From Octopus sinensis (taxonomy: Eukaryota): a DNA stretch of 64,000 nucleotides. Both the position numbers and the translations under genes were made by a program. Below, in pieces: positions 24,943-38,719 of the stretch. The stretch covers positions 135,408,001 to 135,472,000 of the forward strand of contig NC_043000.1 in assembly GCF_006345805.1 (NCBI RefSeq), in the 5' to 3' direction. Within the stretch, counting starts at the first letter, position 1, and each line of letters opens with the position of its first letter. Below the pieces are notes generated by a model that saw only the letters and a list, made by a program, of their open reading frames with translations, was not told the origin of the DNA and did no database searches.

Positions 24943-25335
24943 TCTTTATATATAAAAGTCAAGTTGTGTGTCTGTCTCCTACGATTTAGATTCCTAACTA
25001 CACCCACATTTTGTGGTGCAGTTTAACCAAAACCGGGTATCTTATAGTCGTGATTCATATCGAGCCCTTCTGGGTATTAGCGCGCGTCTGCGATGAGTCT
25101 ACGATTAAAAAAAAATTACCATAATTTTTTCCATTTTAATGCATTTTTCGCTATTATATAAGGGAAGTAACTCTCTAAAAATGTCTACGATGAGTCAACG
25201 ATTTAAAAAAAAAATTACCATAATTTTTTTTCCATTTTTAATGCATTTTTTGCTATTTTTTGGCTATAACTCTTTAAAAATGCATATATAGTTATTTCCC
25301 TTACAAACCCGAGCAACGCCGGGTGACACTGCTAG
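24943..25335 (+). mobile_element. Non-autonomous Helitron, copy 1
   Basis: 5' TC after A, 3' CTAG before T, subterminal hairpin cccgagcaacgccggg (25308-25323), no TSD, internal duplication of about 90 bp. Confidence 0.88.
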
Positions 25336-25889
25336 TAAATTATAACGGTATATGTATTGAGCTCACAATGACTGATAACCAACCACTCGACTGACAATAA
25401 TGTGAATATGAGCTTGGTGAAAGGAAACGGCTTTTCAGAGCACTCTGGAAACACTCGATATTAGACATATAGGCGGTGAACAGGGCAGAATATAAATCAA
25501 CGCGAGAGCTTCTACGTGGCTGTTCGAAGAGCTAGAAATAACATTCAAACTATACTGAAATCCTACAGAACCGTCTTCGAAAACTTATAAGGAAGGAGAC
25601 ATTGGACAAAGAAATTCGAGAGATACAAAAAGACAGGAGAGCCATGATTGCAACGTCTTTTGCCATATGCTTGTCCGTTCTCTAGCAGCAATAATAACAT
25701 TAAAAATCGCAGCACACACACACAAAAGCTAATACATTTGTTTCCACTTGTGTGTGCGTGCATATATGTAGTTGCATACACATGCGTTTATAACTGACAC
25801 ACACACACACACATGTATGTATATATGTATGTGTGTATGTATGTATGTATTTATGTATGTATGTATGTATGTATGTATGTATATGTATG

Positions 25890-25945
<56 letters not shown>

Positions 25946-26021
25946 TGTATATATGTATATATATATATATATACATACATAATATACATACATGCTTACA
26001 TACATACACATACATAATACA

Positions 26022-26059
<38 letters not shown>

Positions 26060-26060
26060 A

Positions 26061-26113
<53 letters not shown>

Positions 26114-26127
26114 TATATGGCATATAT

Positions 26128-26164
<37 letters not shown>

Positions 26165-26506
26165 GCAAAAATTTAAATTGTTCCAAATATACTATGAAGA
26201 AGTAGAGTCACAGCATGATTACAACTGGTATCCAGAAATAGTACAAAAATTTTACCACCAAAGACGAGCAATAATAATATAGACTTTTTGTATTCTCTTA
26301 TATGTATATGTGTATGGATGTGTATATGAGTGTGGATGCGCATGTATGCATGCGTGCGACAGTATGTGCGGGTTTGTATCTATCAATGTGTGTGTGTGTG
26401 GTGTGTGTGTGTGTGTGTGTGAATAACATTTGTTGCTAACAAACATGCTCTTAATTTTATTGAAATAATTTTTAATTCTGAAAAGGTAATTGATATTTGG
26501 TTGTGG

Positions 26507-26729
26507 AAGGCGGCGAGCCGGCAGAATCGTTAGCACGGTTAGACGAGCGTAAATGCTTAGTGGCATTTCGTCCGTCTTTACGTTCTGAGTTCAAATTCTG
26601 CCGAGGTTGACTTTACCTTTCATCGCTTCAGGGTTGATAAAATAAATACCAGTTGAGCACTGGGGTTGATGTAATCAATTTACTCCCCCCCCCGAAATTG
26701 CTGGCCTTGTTCCAAAATGTGAAATCAAT
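26507..26729 (+). mobile_element. SINE family A (alternative-tail subfamily)
   Basis: aaggcggcgagccggcagaatcg...ccgaaattgctggccttgttccaaaatgtgaaatc. Confidence 0.85.
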
Positions 26730-27016
26730 ACTTAGTTGTAGAATAGCAATAATTGTTGTGATGATATTAGAGCACCTGTTAAAATACTGGTAGTTAGCAG
26801 TTCTGGTTGAAATTTGCTACGCTGGTCGTCACCTCGTCTGGACAGGTGGAGATGATCTACAACCGGAAATCCCGAGCAATTTTACTGTTCGTCTTTCAAA
26901 CACCTCACCACGTTTCTCGATGGCATGGATCTGCCTCTCCAGGTACTGTCTGTCCATCAAGAATTTTTGTTTATCTTTATTCTTGTCAACACCTCTTAGT
27001 CTCTTAAAGCAATACC

Positions 27017-27246
27017 TATTTCTTTATTATCCACAAGGGGCTAAACATAGAGGGGACAAACAAGGACAGACATAGGTATTAAGTCGATTACATCGACCCC
27101 AGTGCATAACTGGTACTTAATTTATCGACCCCGAAAGGATGAAAGGCAAAGTTGACCTCGGCGGAATTTGAACTCACAACGTAACGACAGACGAAATACC
27201 GCTGAGCATTTCGCCCGGCGTGGTAACGTTTCTGCCAGTTCGCCGC
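27017..27246 (-). mobile_element. SINE family A with TSD
   Basis: 16-bp TSD ctcttaaagcaatacc at 27001-27016 and 27247-27262. Confidence 0.9.
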
Positions 27247-27373
27247 CTCTTAAAGCAATACCGATCACTTGCCTGACCCTCTGCGTTTGCCGATAGTAAT
27301 ATGATGGCGATGATGATGATGACGATAAAAGATGATGAAGAACACCTGGACGGAGACAAATAGGAAATAGTTA

Positions 27374-27690
27374 ATATAGGAGTGTGGAGGCGCAATGGGC
27401 AGCGGATTCGCGGTCGGAGGATCGCGGTTTCGATTCCCAGACCGGGCGTTGTGTGTGTTTATTGAGCGAAAACACCTAAAGCTCCACGAATCTCCAGCAG
27501 GGGATGGTGGCGATCCCTGTTGTACTCTTTCGCCCCAACTTTCTCTCACTCTTTCTTCCTGTTTCTTGAGTAACGCTGCGATGGACTGGCGTCCCGTCCA
27601 GCTGGAGGGTGGGGGAACACATACGCCATAGAAACCGGGAAACCGGGCCCATGAGCCTGGATAGGTTTGAAAAGGGCGCATAAATAAATA
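27374..27690 (+). mobile_element. SINE family D (tRNA-like head, central gcgatggactggcgtcccgtccag)
   Basis: Head gtggaggcgcaatgg...ggtttcgattccc; (TAAA)n tail. Confidence 0.7.
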
Positions 27691-28533
27691 AAATACATAT
27701 AGGAGTAGCAGTTATAATACTGGCAGTAGTAGTAGGAGTAGTAGTAGTCAAAATATAATCAGAATGATGATGATGATGACGATATGGACGAAAACGTGGA
27801 CAACGACGACGACAACAATGATGCTGCTGCTGCTGATGATGATGGTGATGATAACGATGATGATGGTAAAGAAAAGAAAATAAGAAGAAACCGAAAGAAA
27901 GAGAGAAAGAAGAGTGAAACGCGTGCGTGTGTGTGTGTGTGTGTGTGCGGTTGAAACGGTGATATGTGTAAAAATTGCTAGATGTCATGAAAACAAGCAA
28001 ATCTTAGGTGGGAGTCCATTTTGTTTGTTAGTATACAGCTACCTTTCAACGTAACCATCAAAGGCAACATTTAAACTTTCAACCTTTCACATCTGCAGGA
28101 CTTGGAAGAAGAAATAGATACACACAAACAATAGACACACACATACACACATACATACACACACACATATACACACACACACACTTGGCACGCACACACA
28201 CATACATACACACAAGCACATGACCACAGTCATATCTATATACACATAAATATACATCCATATGAAAGAAGATAGTTCCCTATGTATGTACGTATGTATA
28301 ACACTCAGAAATACATACATACATATATATATATACATATGTGTGTGTGTGTATACGGGAGCTCATTATAAATAAATATTGATGTACAATCTTAATATTC
28401 ATTTATTTGTAGTATCTCGGTTTCACTATGTGTTGAATTTGTTTTTGTATGTATGTATATTGTATGTGTATATATATATGTATGTATATTGAATCCCCAT
28501 TCTTATTTTATGAGTGTATGTATATGTATATAT

Positions 28534-28603
<70 letters not shown>

Positions 28604-28692
28604 TACACATATATACACATATATACACATATATACACATATATACACATATATACACATATATACATACATATATATACTCATATTCACGC

Positions 28693-28694
<2 letters not shown>

Positions 28695-28749
<55 letters not shown>

Positions 28750-28754
28750 ATCTA

Positions 28755-28800
<46 letters not shown>

Positions 28801-28801
28801 A

Positions 28802-28880
<79 letters not shown>
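28695..28880. repeat. (TATC)n/(TGTC)n compound microsatellite
   Basis: Directly visible. Similar (TATC)n tracts lie at about 21180-21270, 36117-36195 and 63108-63270. Confidence 0.95.
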
Positions 28881-28881
<1 letters not shown>

Positions 28882-29391
28882 ATTCATCCATCCATACTTT
28901 CATGCGTACATTCATTCACGTTTTTTACGTATATGTATATTTACTCGTACTTGTTTGTGTGTGTATCACTTATCTGCACGTGTTTGATCATCTACAAAAT
29001 GTTATAAAAAAACACACAAACGTCGGTTGAAACGGCTAGTACACGGATACACGGATACACGGATATATATACATATTCATCGTGTAGATAAGTTTGTATG
29101 CACGTGTGTCCTGCTGTGCACGTGTGAATATATATATATATATATAACTATTATTGCATGATATGTATGCATGTGGTTATTGTGGTTATATGTAATGTAT
29201 GTATGTTTGTATGTATCTGTATTTATATTAACAACATGCTTGATCTTTTGTAATTTCGTCTAGGTCAGAAATCTCCGCAGGTTATTCGTCAATACACCGT
29301 ATAACACCAACAGTAAAAACGGCACTAACAATAGCGCCATCCACTATGCTCTTCACCACCGTTATACTCCCCGTCAACTTCGTCGTCGTCG

Positions 29392-29424
<33 letters not shown>

Positions 29425-29617
29425 CCATCGTCATGTGAATCACCCACTACAAGTTACTAACAACGTACGTCAACAACAAAAGCGTTTCAAAACTTGTTCA
29501 AATAAACGAATTTGTAGCGTCTTTTATTCTTAAACAAGATGTAACAGCCAATGTTTTAAAACATAAATATACACGTACACATGTGTATGTAAATACATAG
29601 TTTCTTTCTTTCTTTCT

Positions 29618-29648
<31 letters not shown>

Positions 29649-30189
29649 ACGCGCACGTTGTATATACATTCATACATATGAATATGTGTGTATGTATGTC
29701 TGTACATACTCATACGAACACATATACATGCGCATATACACATATCCTTTATGCTCAATGTTTGTCTCATTTGGTGCATACGAAAATTGACACTTTAGTT
29801 TCCACTGTGTGATTTTTTTTACCTGATTTATTTAAATCCCAACGCTACATCGCGTAGCTTTTGGAACATTTATTCTGATTTGTACAACATGTCTTTTCGT
29901 GTCTGTGAAACTTTCAGCAACTCATCTAATTTGATAAATTTTGTCATATACATTTAGGTCAGGCCAGTGCTAAAAGCTTATTGAACTAGACCATACCACA
30001 TCTTGTCATGTATAAATATGATCTAATTTAACTGTTATATCATAAGACATGCCACTCAAGTATTCTGTGCATCACTGAGAACTGTAAATGGTTGGGTCAA
30101 CCTCCTACTAAAAGGTTGATAGTTCGTATCATATCGCTGTCACAGCTTTGTATCTAATCCATTATTTTACTAAGCTAGACAATCACATT

Positions 30190-30780
30190 GAAGACACGTG
30201 GCCTCGTGTTTAAGCTGTTGCACTCATGATGGTCGCGAGATGGTTTTGATTCCTGGACCGAGTTGTGTTGTATTCTTGAACAAAACACGGATCTTTTCGG
30301 TTTGAACGGCAGTTTTTTCTAGCGGTGTCGTATGAAATTGTCACCCATAATTATGACCCTAGTATCGATCTATTGCATTTCAATCTGTTTTAGGGTTAGG
30401 GTTAGAGTTAGGGTTAGGGGTGGGGGGAAGGGTATCTTTTTTTCTTCAGAAATGTAAATAAACCCAATCTGTTCCTTAAACGAGGGACATATTCATACGT
30501 CATTGATTGGTTGAAATTGCAGAAATTGAAGAAAAAAACAACAAATATCTTACAAACTATAGAATTTTCTCAATAAAGCCAAGAGAAAAAAATGTTTTAT
30601 AAACACATTCTACCAGTATACAAAGTTTAAAGGTGTTTAGTTACGTGGAAATTATTTTAAAAAACTGCCGGTCAAACCGAAAAGATCCCGAAACCCTTCA
30701 TTTCACATTACTCCTGTCCACTCAGCTGTAAATGAGTAACTCTGCGACTGATTGGTGTCCCGTTCAGGGAAAACGGACAA
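30190..30780 (+). mobile_element. Old SINE family C copy interrupted by a DNA transposon
   Basis: Head ...gttgtgttgtattcttgaacaaaac resumes after 30690 as ccttcatttcacattactcctgtccactcagctgtaaatgag. Confidence 0.65.
30287..30690. mobile_element. Non-autonomous DNA transposon carrying (TTAGGG)5
   Basis: TIRs acggatcttttcggtttgaacggcagttttt / aaaaactgccggtcaaaccgaaaagatcccg; 4-bp TSD aaac at 30283-30286 and 30691-30694; telomeric-type repeats at 30390-30419. Confidence 0.85.
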
Positions 30781-33539
30781 CCAGCTCTACGAGTCTAAGG
30801 ATTTCATTCAGTATTTACAGGTCGATCAGAGGATGACAAGCGATGCCCTTGATCACTTTTCAATGCTTCGATGATTGGAATGAAGGAAAGATATTATGCT
30901 CAAACCGGAGACCTATACCGAATCCATTACACTAGCGCAAAGGCACCTAAGGGCCAGATACTGATGTTAAACTTGGTGGTCCTTTTAGTCTACAACCCAA
31001 GAACTGGAACGGTTATTCGATATGATTCCCCACGGATTCCAAGGCTTTTGTCGATCTGAGACTATGGCAGAAAACACTAGACCAAGGTACTTCACAGTGA
31101 GATCAAACACGAACTACGCTGTTGCGAAACGAATTTCTTATCTATACAGCCATTCCTACGCCAGGTTCTCTTAGCTATAGACAAAGAATATCGGAACGAA
31201 ATAATGTTTGTAGAAAGCAACAGTGAATTATATTTTACTTCCATAGACCTGAATTCATCCCAAATTCACCCTAAATTATGGAAAATTCAGTAAATACATC
31301 ACAAGCAGGATCACCAGGAATCGTCAATAATTTAATGTTGATACAGGATTATACAACGCAGCCTTCTATAATGCAACATAGCAACCAGCAATATATGAGC
31401 CAAACAAGGATTCTCTATGTGGTTTCTCGAAGTTTTAGAAATAAAAGCCAAATCCAATCACATCTTAAAGAAGGCCAGGCACAATATAGAATGTATTCCA
31501 ATATATATGGTAGCCAGGAAAAATGATGTGATGGTTATGGTTAGAATGTCATAAGTATGCTCAAATCAGGACAACATATCAAGAAATGGTGTGTCAAGGA
31601 AGAAAGCTTCCACGCAACATATTGACCTGTTAGAAACATTAACCACATCCTCTTCAAATCATACACACACACGCGCGCGCACACACTTTGGAGAGTGAGA
31701 AGAGGAAGCTACACAGAAACCCGTCCTACATAAATATATAGGTGTGTGTGTGTGTTTGTGTGTGACCCTATGTTTGCGTTTATGTTTACCGTTGTAAAAA
31801 TCGATGTTATATCGAAAAACGTAGGGATTGCACAAATATCTATAAATTAAGAACGAAACTGAAGTACTGGGATTAATATGTCTGACTACAAGCTTTGAAG
31901 GTGGTCTTCGAGTCTAATCCATGATTGAAACCCGTGTAGAAATAAAAGGAATTCTCATTTATTCTCATTTACATATCCTTTATTCCTCACGCTGAGACGT
32001 CTTAAATAAGTTCTGTGGACAAAGCAGTTATGAGCAGTGTAGCTTATCCTGATTTGAACTCACCGAAAAACATCTGACAGAAGAAGATTACAAAATAGAT
32101 TAAGTCATTATTACAAATCAAATTAATTATGTGCCGCAAGGAACGATAATTCTAATGTAAGAAGCGGAAGAGCTTTTTCAGTACTGGAAATATGCAGTTG
32201 TAGAAAGTGGAGTGACAGAGGGCTCGAATTAAGGAATAAGACAAAGAAAAGAGATAAAGATTAGAGAGAATGTAATAAAGTGCTGAAATTCTTATATTTC
32301 AGATAAATCCGAAGTGCCTTAAGTATTGGTGACTCATATCTTAATTGCTCATTAATTAATTAATCGATTAGAAAGCTAATGACGAAATAGGCTTAGAAAA
32401 CTCGAAATGCTAAAGTTAGTAACTTGATTCCGCATCTAGAACAATCAGCCGAAAGTATTGTATTCCGTATTTTGTTTACGGTACTGTATTGTAAGAAACC
32501 TTTTGAATTACAACACTTCATTCTGAAATGTCGCATTTGAACAAGCTGCAAACAAACCCATTGGGTAGATTCACCTTCCGATATTGTTGGATGTTTTATT
32601 GATGTATTGATTGTTAGTCTTTATGGGTCAAGGCCATGATAGATAGAGGCCTTCATACTGAATATCTAATACTATCACCATCAAAATCAATAATAGCTTC
32701 AATTATAGACAAGCAATATAGGCCGTATAACTAATGAGCTAGATGGCTTAGAATAGAGTATTTAGCTTGCTATGTGTCCACGTTAATAAATATATATATA
32801 TATATACAGAAGGTTGAACGGATGAACTAGAGTCAATAAACTCATGAATTTGCCGATCCTACTTGTTGCAACTAAATGTTTATTTTGAATACTTAATGAT
32901 ACTTCCTAAACTCATTTTGTATCAAGTCACTTTGTAGAAAATATAAGATATTTTGTATTTAACACTAGTACTGCATTTGATGGGGAGTGGCATAGTCGTT
33001 GAGGATATTCCTGTTGTTACACACATACAGTCAGACACAGATACAGATACACGCACGCATATAGACACACATATGCACACAATGCAAATTACATAATCAA
33101 CACTTGCAGTCAAATAATCAGAGACTTGTAACTACTATGAGTAATATGATTTGAAATGAAGAAAAGATGACAGCATTCACCATCATGGAGATGGCTCGCG
33201 ACAGTCGCGAGTTATATTTTAAAACTTCTAATTTCTCCTTAATCATCCGCGCGTGTTTGTGCACTGCAGTAAAATGTCCTCCTCAAAAGATGGGAAAATA
33301 TTCATTGGCCAAAAAATAACACTATATGAAATCAATCGTACAAGTCCAAAGAATGTGAAAACATGATATAAAACAAAATATTTTTAACCATGTTACTATT
33401 TACAAAACAAAAAGATTCACAGTTACAGAGTCAGCTGCAGACGTGCCTAGGTTTCAGTGCAACACAGCCAGCCGTTATTGGTTTTGAAAATGCTTTGGTA
33501 TAATGGAATATTCTCAAGCAATATGGTACGGCTAAAAGG

Positions 33540-33790
33540 TACCTTTCCGCATTGGGGTATCAATGTACGGCAGTTTCTTAAAGTTCAATTTCCAAAATAT
33601 TAGTTGGGCGGAGATTTTCCGGTTTCTCAATCGCCAAGACGCCCTAATTTCGCTTCCTTGGATTTCTCTCTTTAGGGTTATCTTCGTGGTCAGGTTTATA
33701 GAACAACGGGGCTTTTAAAGTTTGTCCTGTACACGTTACTGATGATCGAAAGTTAGCGAGAAATGCATTAATCGGTTTAGTAGAGAATGT
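33540..33790 (+). mobile_element. Heavily decayed Tc1/mariner-type transposase fragment
   Basis: VRQFLKVQFPKY*LGG...SPRRPNFASLDFSL*GYLRGQVY resembles the WPPRSPDLTPLDFFLWGYLK motif. Confidence 0.5.
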
Positions 33791-33939
33791 CCTTAGAGGA
33801 TAGTTGGTGTTTTAACACCTATTACCTAAAGAATATTTCCACGGCAAACCACAGGGAAAATATCCTTTGTTGATTCCACAATACTGCTTCACGTGCAAAT
33901 TATATAATATATAATGCACACACACACACACACACACAC

Positions 33940-33978
<39 letters not shown>

Positions 33979-34243
33979 AACACACACACACAAACACACA
34001 CACACACAGACACACACATACTAAACTGCCCGTGACCCGTTGGGTCACCGGGAAACTCTGAATTTCCCAGTAACGGAGTTTTATTTTGTGGGTTTATTCT
34101 TTTCCAGGTTATTTCGCATGCTTTCAATGAATGTGACATCGAAATCACGCGTAAATGGCTCCTTTCCCCAGAAAAGGAAAGATTTGACTGCTATCCCTTG
34201 CACGCATTACTCCCACGTAACAGGTATTTCGGGTCCTTTATCG

Positions 34244-34283
<40 letters not shown>

Positions 34284-34287
34284 CCGC

Positions 34288-34341
<54 letters not shown>

Positions 34342-34563
34342 TATATATAAGCTTTCTTCCAAGGGATCTAATGCGCTTCGCTTAGATTTCCCTTGGGGGC
34401 TGCCCAGGTCGGAGCAATCTCAAGATTAATCAGCCAGAATTGCGAAGATGATCCGGTTCTTGACTGATGACTGAGGGCTTCGAATGTCCCGTCGTGTGGT
34501 TCTTGTTGTCGTCTTCTAGGTGTTTCACGTTCTTGTCCCAGTTTGTATATATTTTTTACTTTT

Positions 34564-34603
<40 letters not shown>

Positions 34604-35335
34604 CAGATACTAAAAATATATATACACACAGATAGTAAAGAAGAAATCTTGTTCTGTTGTCTGGCACTAAAGTCAGTATCACATTGATTCTTAAACTATT
34701 ATCAAATGCTATTTAAAAAAAAAAAAGATAGCATAAATGTTTTGAAATGTCATAAAACACTTCCTAATGTTTCTTTACTTGGCACGCCCTGCATTTGTTC
34801 AGCACAGTAAGAATAAGTAATTGATAAAAGTCTAAATAAAAATTGTAAAAAAATACTATCTTTACGGATGTAAAGTTATTCGAAGTGAAATAAATCTTAA
34901 TAAAGATTCTATCCGTCAAGGTTCCTATTCCTTCTGAAAGCTGTCTTCTCTTTTCTCCGGTGGTTTCGGAACCAAATAATACAAACGAGACAGTTGAGAA
35001 TTGTGAATTGGAAATGAAGACATCTGCTATTATTTTCATCCTTTTCCCTTTCTCTCTCTTTTTCTGTCAATCTGTCTGCATACATACATATACACGCACG
35101 AACAACACTCCCCACACACTAGTACATGCACATGGTGAAATATCCACAATATAGTTTCGTTGGGTGAGTAGCAAAAGGGGAAATATAAGAGTACATTGCA
35201 CTCAGGCATGGAAGCTTCCTGGGATTTTAGAAAATTTTGTAAATATTGAAGATTAGCATTCACAGATAGGAAGGAACCTGAAATAAAATTTGCATCGACC
35301 TCATTAAAATCTTCTGAATGTTAGAATAAATGCCT

Positions 35336-35545
35336 AAAGCAGCGAGCTGGCAGTATGGTTAGCACACCGGGCAAAATGCTTAGCGGTATTTTGTTCGTCT
35401 GTACGTTCAAATTTCACCAAGGTCGATTTTCCTATTCGTTCTTTCGAGGTCGATAAAATAAGTACCAGTTGAGCACTGGGACAGATTCAATCGACTTGCC
35501 CCCCCCCCACTCCGAAATTGCTGGTCTTGTGCCAAAATCTGAAAC
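35336..35545 (+). mobile_element. Degenerate SINE family A
   Basis: gcagcgagctggcag...aagtaccagttgagcactggg. Confidence 0.75.
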
Positions 35546-36114
35546 GTGTTTTAGTGATAATTCATTTAAAACTACATGTGGAGACAAAACAAAGACCACA
35601 GAGCAGAAGTACGAGGTTTCAAATATATGATTGTCAGTGGAAATTTCGCCTGATTAAAGTGTCAAAGCTTTAAGAAACTTTTGCCAATGAATTTAAATGA
35701 AAAGGGGTGGCCATATTTGAAAGCCAAACAAGGGGAATAGCTAGAGTGCCTTATTATTAATAGAATTGAAATGGGTACTCTGTGTCATATTTAACCTTAT
35801 AGCTTTGTCTCTGTTAAGGAAAATCTAAAGGAGTACTGAAAATGTATATTAAATTACAAATTTAATATGGAAAATTATCTCCCATTTTCAGTCAAACCCA
35901 GAGAAAATTATTAGAAAAAAGAGGGAAAAAGTTGAGTAATTAAGTAAAATTAGCTGGCGAAGAAAATGGTAGCAAACGTGCTCCAGCATGGCCACAGTCA
36001 TATACTGAAACAAGTAAAAGAGTAAAAGAGTAAAGAGTATGTATATAAGGCGGTGCCCCAGCATGGCTGCAGTCCGTTCATCCAATGACTGAAACAAATA
36101 CAGATCAAAGGCAA

Positions 36115-36195
<81 letters not shown>

Positions 36196-36324
36196 GCGTA
36201 GATACACATACATACACATATACATACATATATACATGCACACACTCACACACACATACATACATACATACATACATACATACATACATGCATACATACA
36301 TACATACATACATACATACATACA

Positions 36325-36355
<31 letters not shown>

Positions 36356-37548
36356 TTATATACTTTATACGCGCAGTATTCTGCTGAATGGAAAACGCGC
36401 GATGCTAGTTGAGAAGCTGGAGTGGGAATTGCAAGTATTTTCTACACCATAAAACATCTGATTTAACTAATATTGTTGAAAGAAGTGTCATTGATATAAC
36501 TCAATAAATAAAAAATAGCCATTGAAACTCAGCAGGAACAACATTTCCCTTGTTACAGTGCTGTCTTTGTTGTTACTATGGTAGTGGTATGGAAGCGCCA
36601 TCTATTGAGAAATTGCAAAAGGTTAGATTTTCGTCTCAATGATCAGAACGTGTTTATCTATCTGGAAAGGCGTTGGTAAATATAAAGAATATTACTGCTA
36701 GAGTTACATTTACAAAATCAGTGTACAACCTCCACGACTCCATGACGCAGCGTCTGCCATGTCGCAAAATATTGTTATATATATATATATATTATATATA
36801 TAAAATTGTATATATATATATATATATAAGTATACATATAAGTATATTCTATAAGTATTTATATAAGTATATATATATATATATATTATAATATATATAT
36901 ATATATATGTATATATATTTGCTCCTCCTCCCCCATTCCCGTCATCCATCTGCGACGATACTTCCGTCGTAACTGCTATCCTGTCCTTTCTCGCCCGCCT
37001 TGTAAGGCTTCTGGTCGACAACTTTTCCCTCTCTCGTCTTCCACGATAATCCAGCGTTTGCAATACTTTTTTCGTCTGGCGTTAACAGCCCTTCTTATCT
37101 TGTTCTCCTTGTCCTGTCTCTCACTGTTATATATTTATTTTTCCACTGTTTATATATATATTTTTTACTGTTTATATGTTTGTACTGTCGTTACCGTCTT
37201 CCTTCTTTTTCTTTTTTTTTTTTTACCCCTCTGCGAAAGATCTCAGAATTTTAATTGATTTGCTTTTCGCGGGAAGGAATTTTTCTTCGAAGTATACGTC
37301 TCGCTTTATCCTTCGAAACGTTTAGTAGATGAAATCTTAGCGACTGAAGAAGGGGATTTTTCGTTGTGCTTATTGTCCTGTATCTCTCCTTTTTTTTTGC
37401 TGTCTTGTTCCTTTGTTTGTGTCTATGTGTTTCGTCTCTCTATGTGTTCGACGTCTTTTTGGTGTCCTGTACACATATATGCGTGTATATGTACATGTAG
37501 AGGTAGGTACGTACATATATGTTTATATATGCATATGTTTATTTTATT

Positions 37549-37608
<60 letters not shown>

Positions 37609-37629
37609 TATTTATATATATATATATAT

Positions 37630-37899
37630 TACGGAGATGTACTCGCATAGCAAGTGATTTGATCTGAGATCGTGTGCTGGAACGAAAACAATTTGTTGCA
37701 GCCGTGGAAGGTGTTATAAGCCATTTAAGAAACACACAAAAGCCGTTCGATTCACTTCAACATTTAAGTTTAATTTGTCAAAATATTTTCGTCGCTAAAA
37801 TCCGCGATATTTTGACAAATTAAACTTAAATGTTGAAGTGAATCGAACGGCTTTTGTGTGGTTTCTTAAATGGCTTATAAACACCTTCCACGCTGCAAT

Positions 37900-37905
<6 letters not shown>
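37630..37905. mobile_element. Fold-back element embedded in (TA)n
   Basis: Arms 37685-37786 and 37807-37905 with a 20-nt loop; (TA)n on both sides. Confidence 0.75.
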
Positions 37906-37943
<38 letters not shown>

Positions 37944-38119
37944 TGCGTAGTCATCAGCGTGATTCTCTAACAAAGCTTATTTTGGCGGACTCATGGTTAT
38001 AGTTGAAATATCTTGACTCATACTTCTTGCTGCGAGTTCTTTATTCTAAGTGGACTGGTAACGATGCCTTGAACCAGTCACCTCTGTGAACAACATATAT
38101 ACATATATACATACATATC

Positions 38120-38151
<32 letters not shown>

Positions 38152-38198
38152 TGTATGTATGTATGTATGTATGTATGTATGTATGTATGTATGTATGT

Positions 38199-38264
<66 letters not shown>

Positions 38265-38719
38265 GCAACAATGTGTTACTGTTTAACTACATTTTTGTAT
38301 CTAATATGATATATAACACAACCGCACCACATATCCAAACACACACAAACACACACATGCATCTACATCTACACATATGCAAACACATACGCATAAGATA
38401 TGTTTCTATGTAATCTTATTATAATCAGTTAGAATTTGATATTCCTCTTGCCGCTTCAAAATGATTCCTTCGGATGTCGCTTTTTTTTTCCACCCAGTTC
38501 CTTAGGGATCTTGACAATTGAATTTCCCCTTAGTAACTTCGTATATCCTTCATTCTTCTTTGTAACACCTCCCCACCCCCCTGCAACACAGCATCATTTA
38601 CAATGACTTCCTTCCTCCATTTCACCACCTCCAATTCCCCCCTCCCCCTTATCGTTATCGTCGTTATTGTCGTCATCATCGTAGTCGTCGTCGCGGTCAT
38701 GATCGTTGTTGACGATGAC

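Noticed and set aside
30390-30419. Chromosome-fusion or true telomere relic
   Set aside because: Only five units, located inside a TIR- and TSD-bounded transposon.
34455-34490. CTGATGA...GAA as a second hammerhead
   Set aside because: No GAAA box and no convincing stem II. The surrounding 34345-34550 looks like a repeat fragment I cannot classify.
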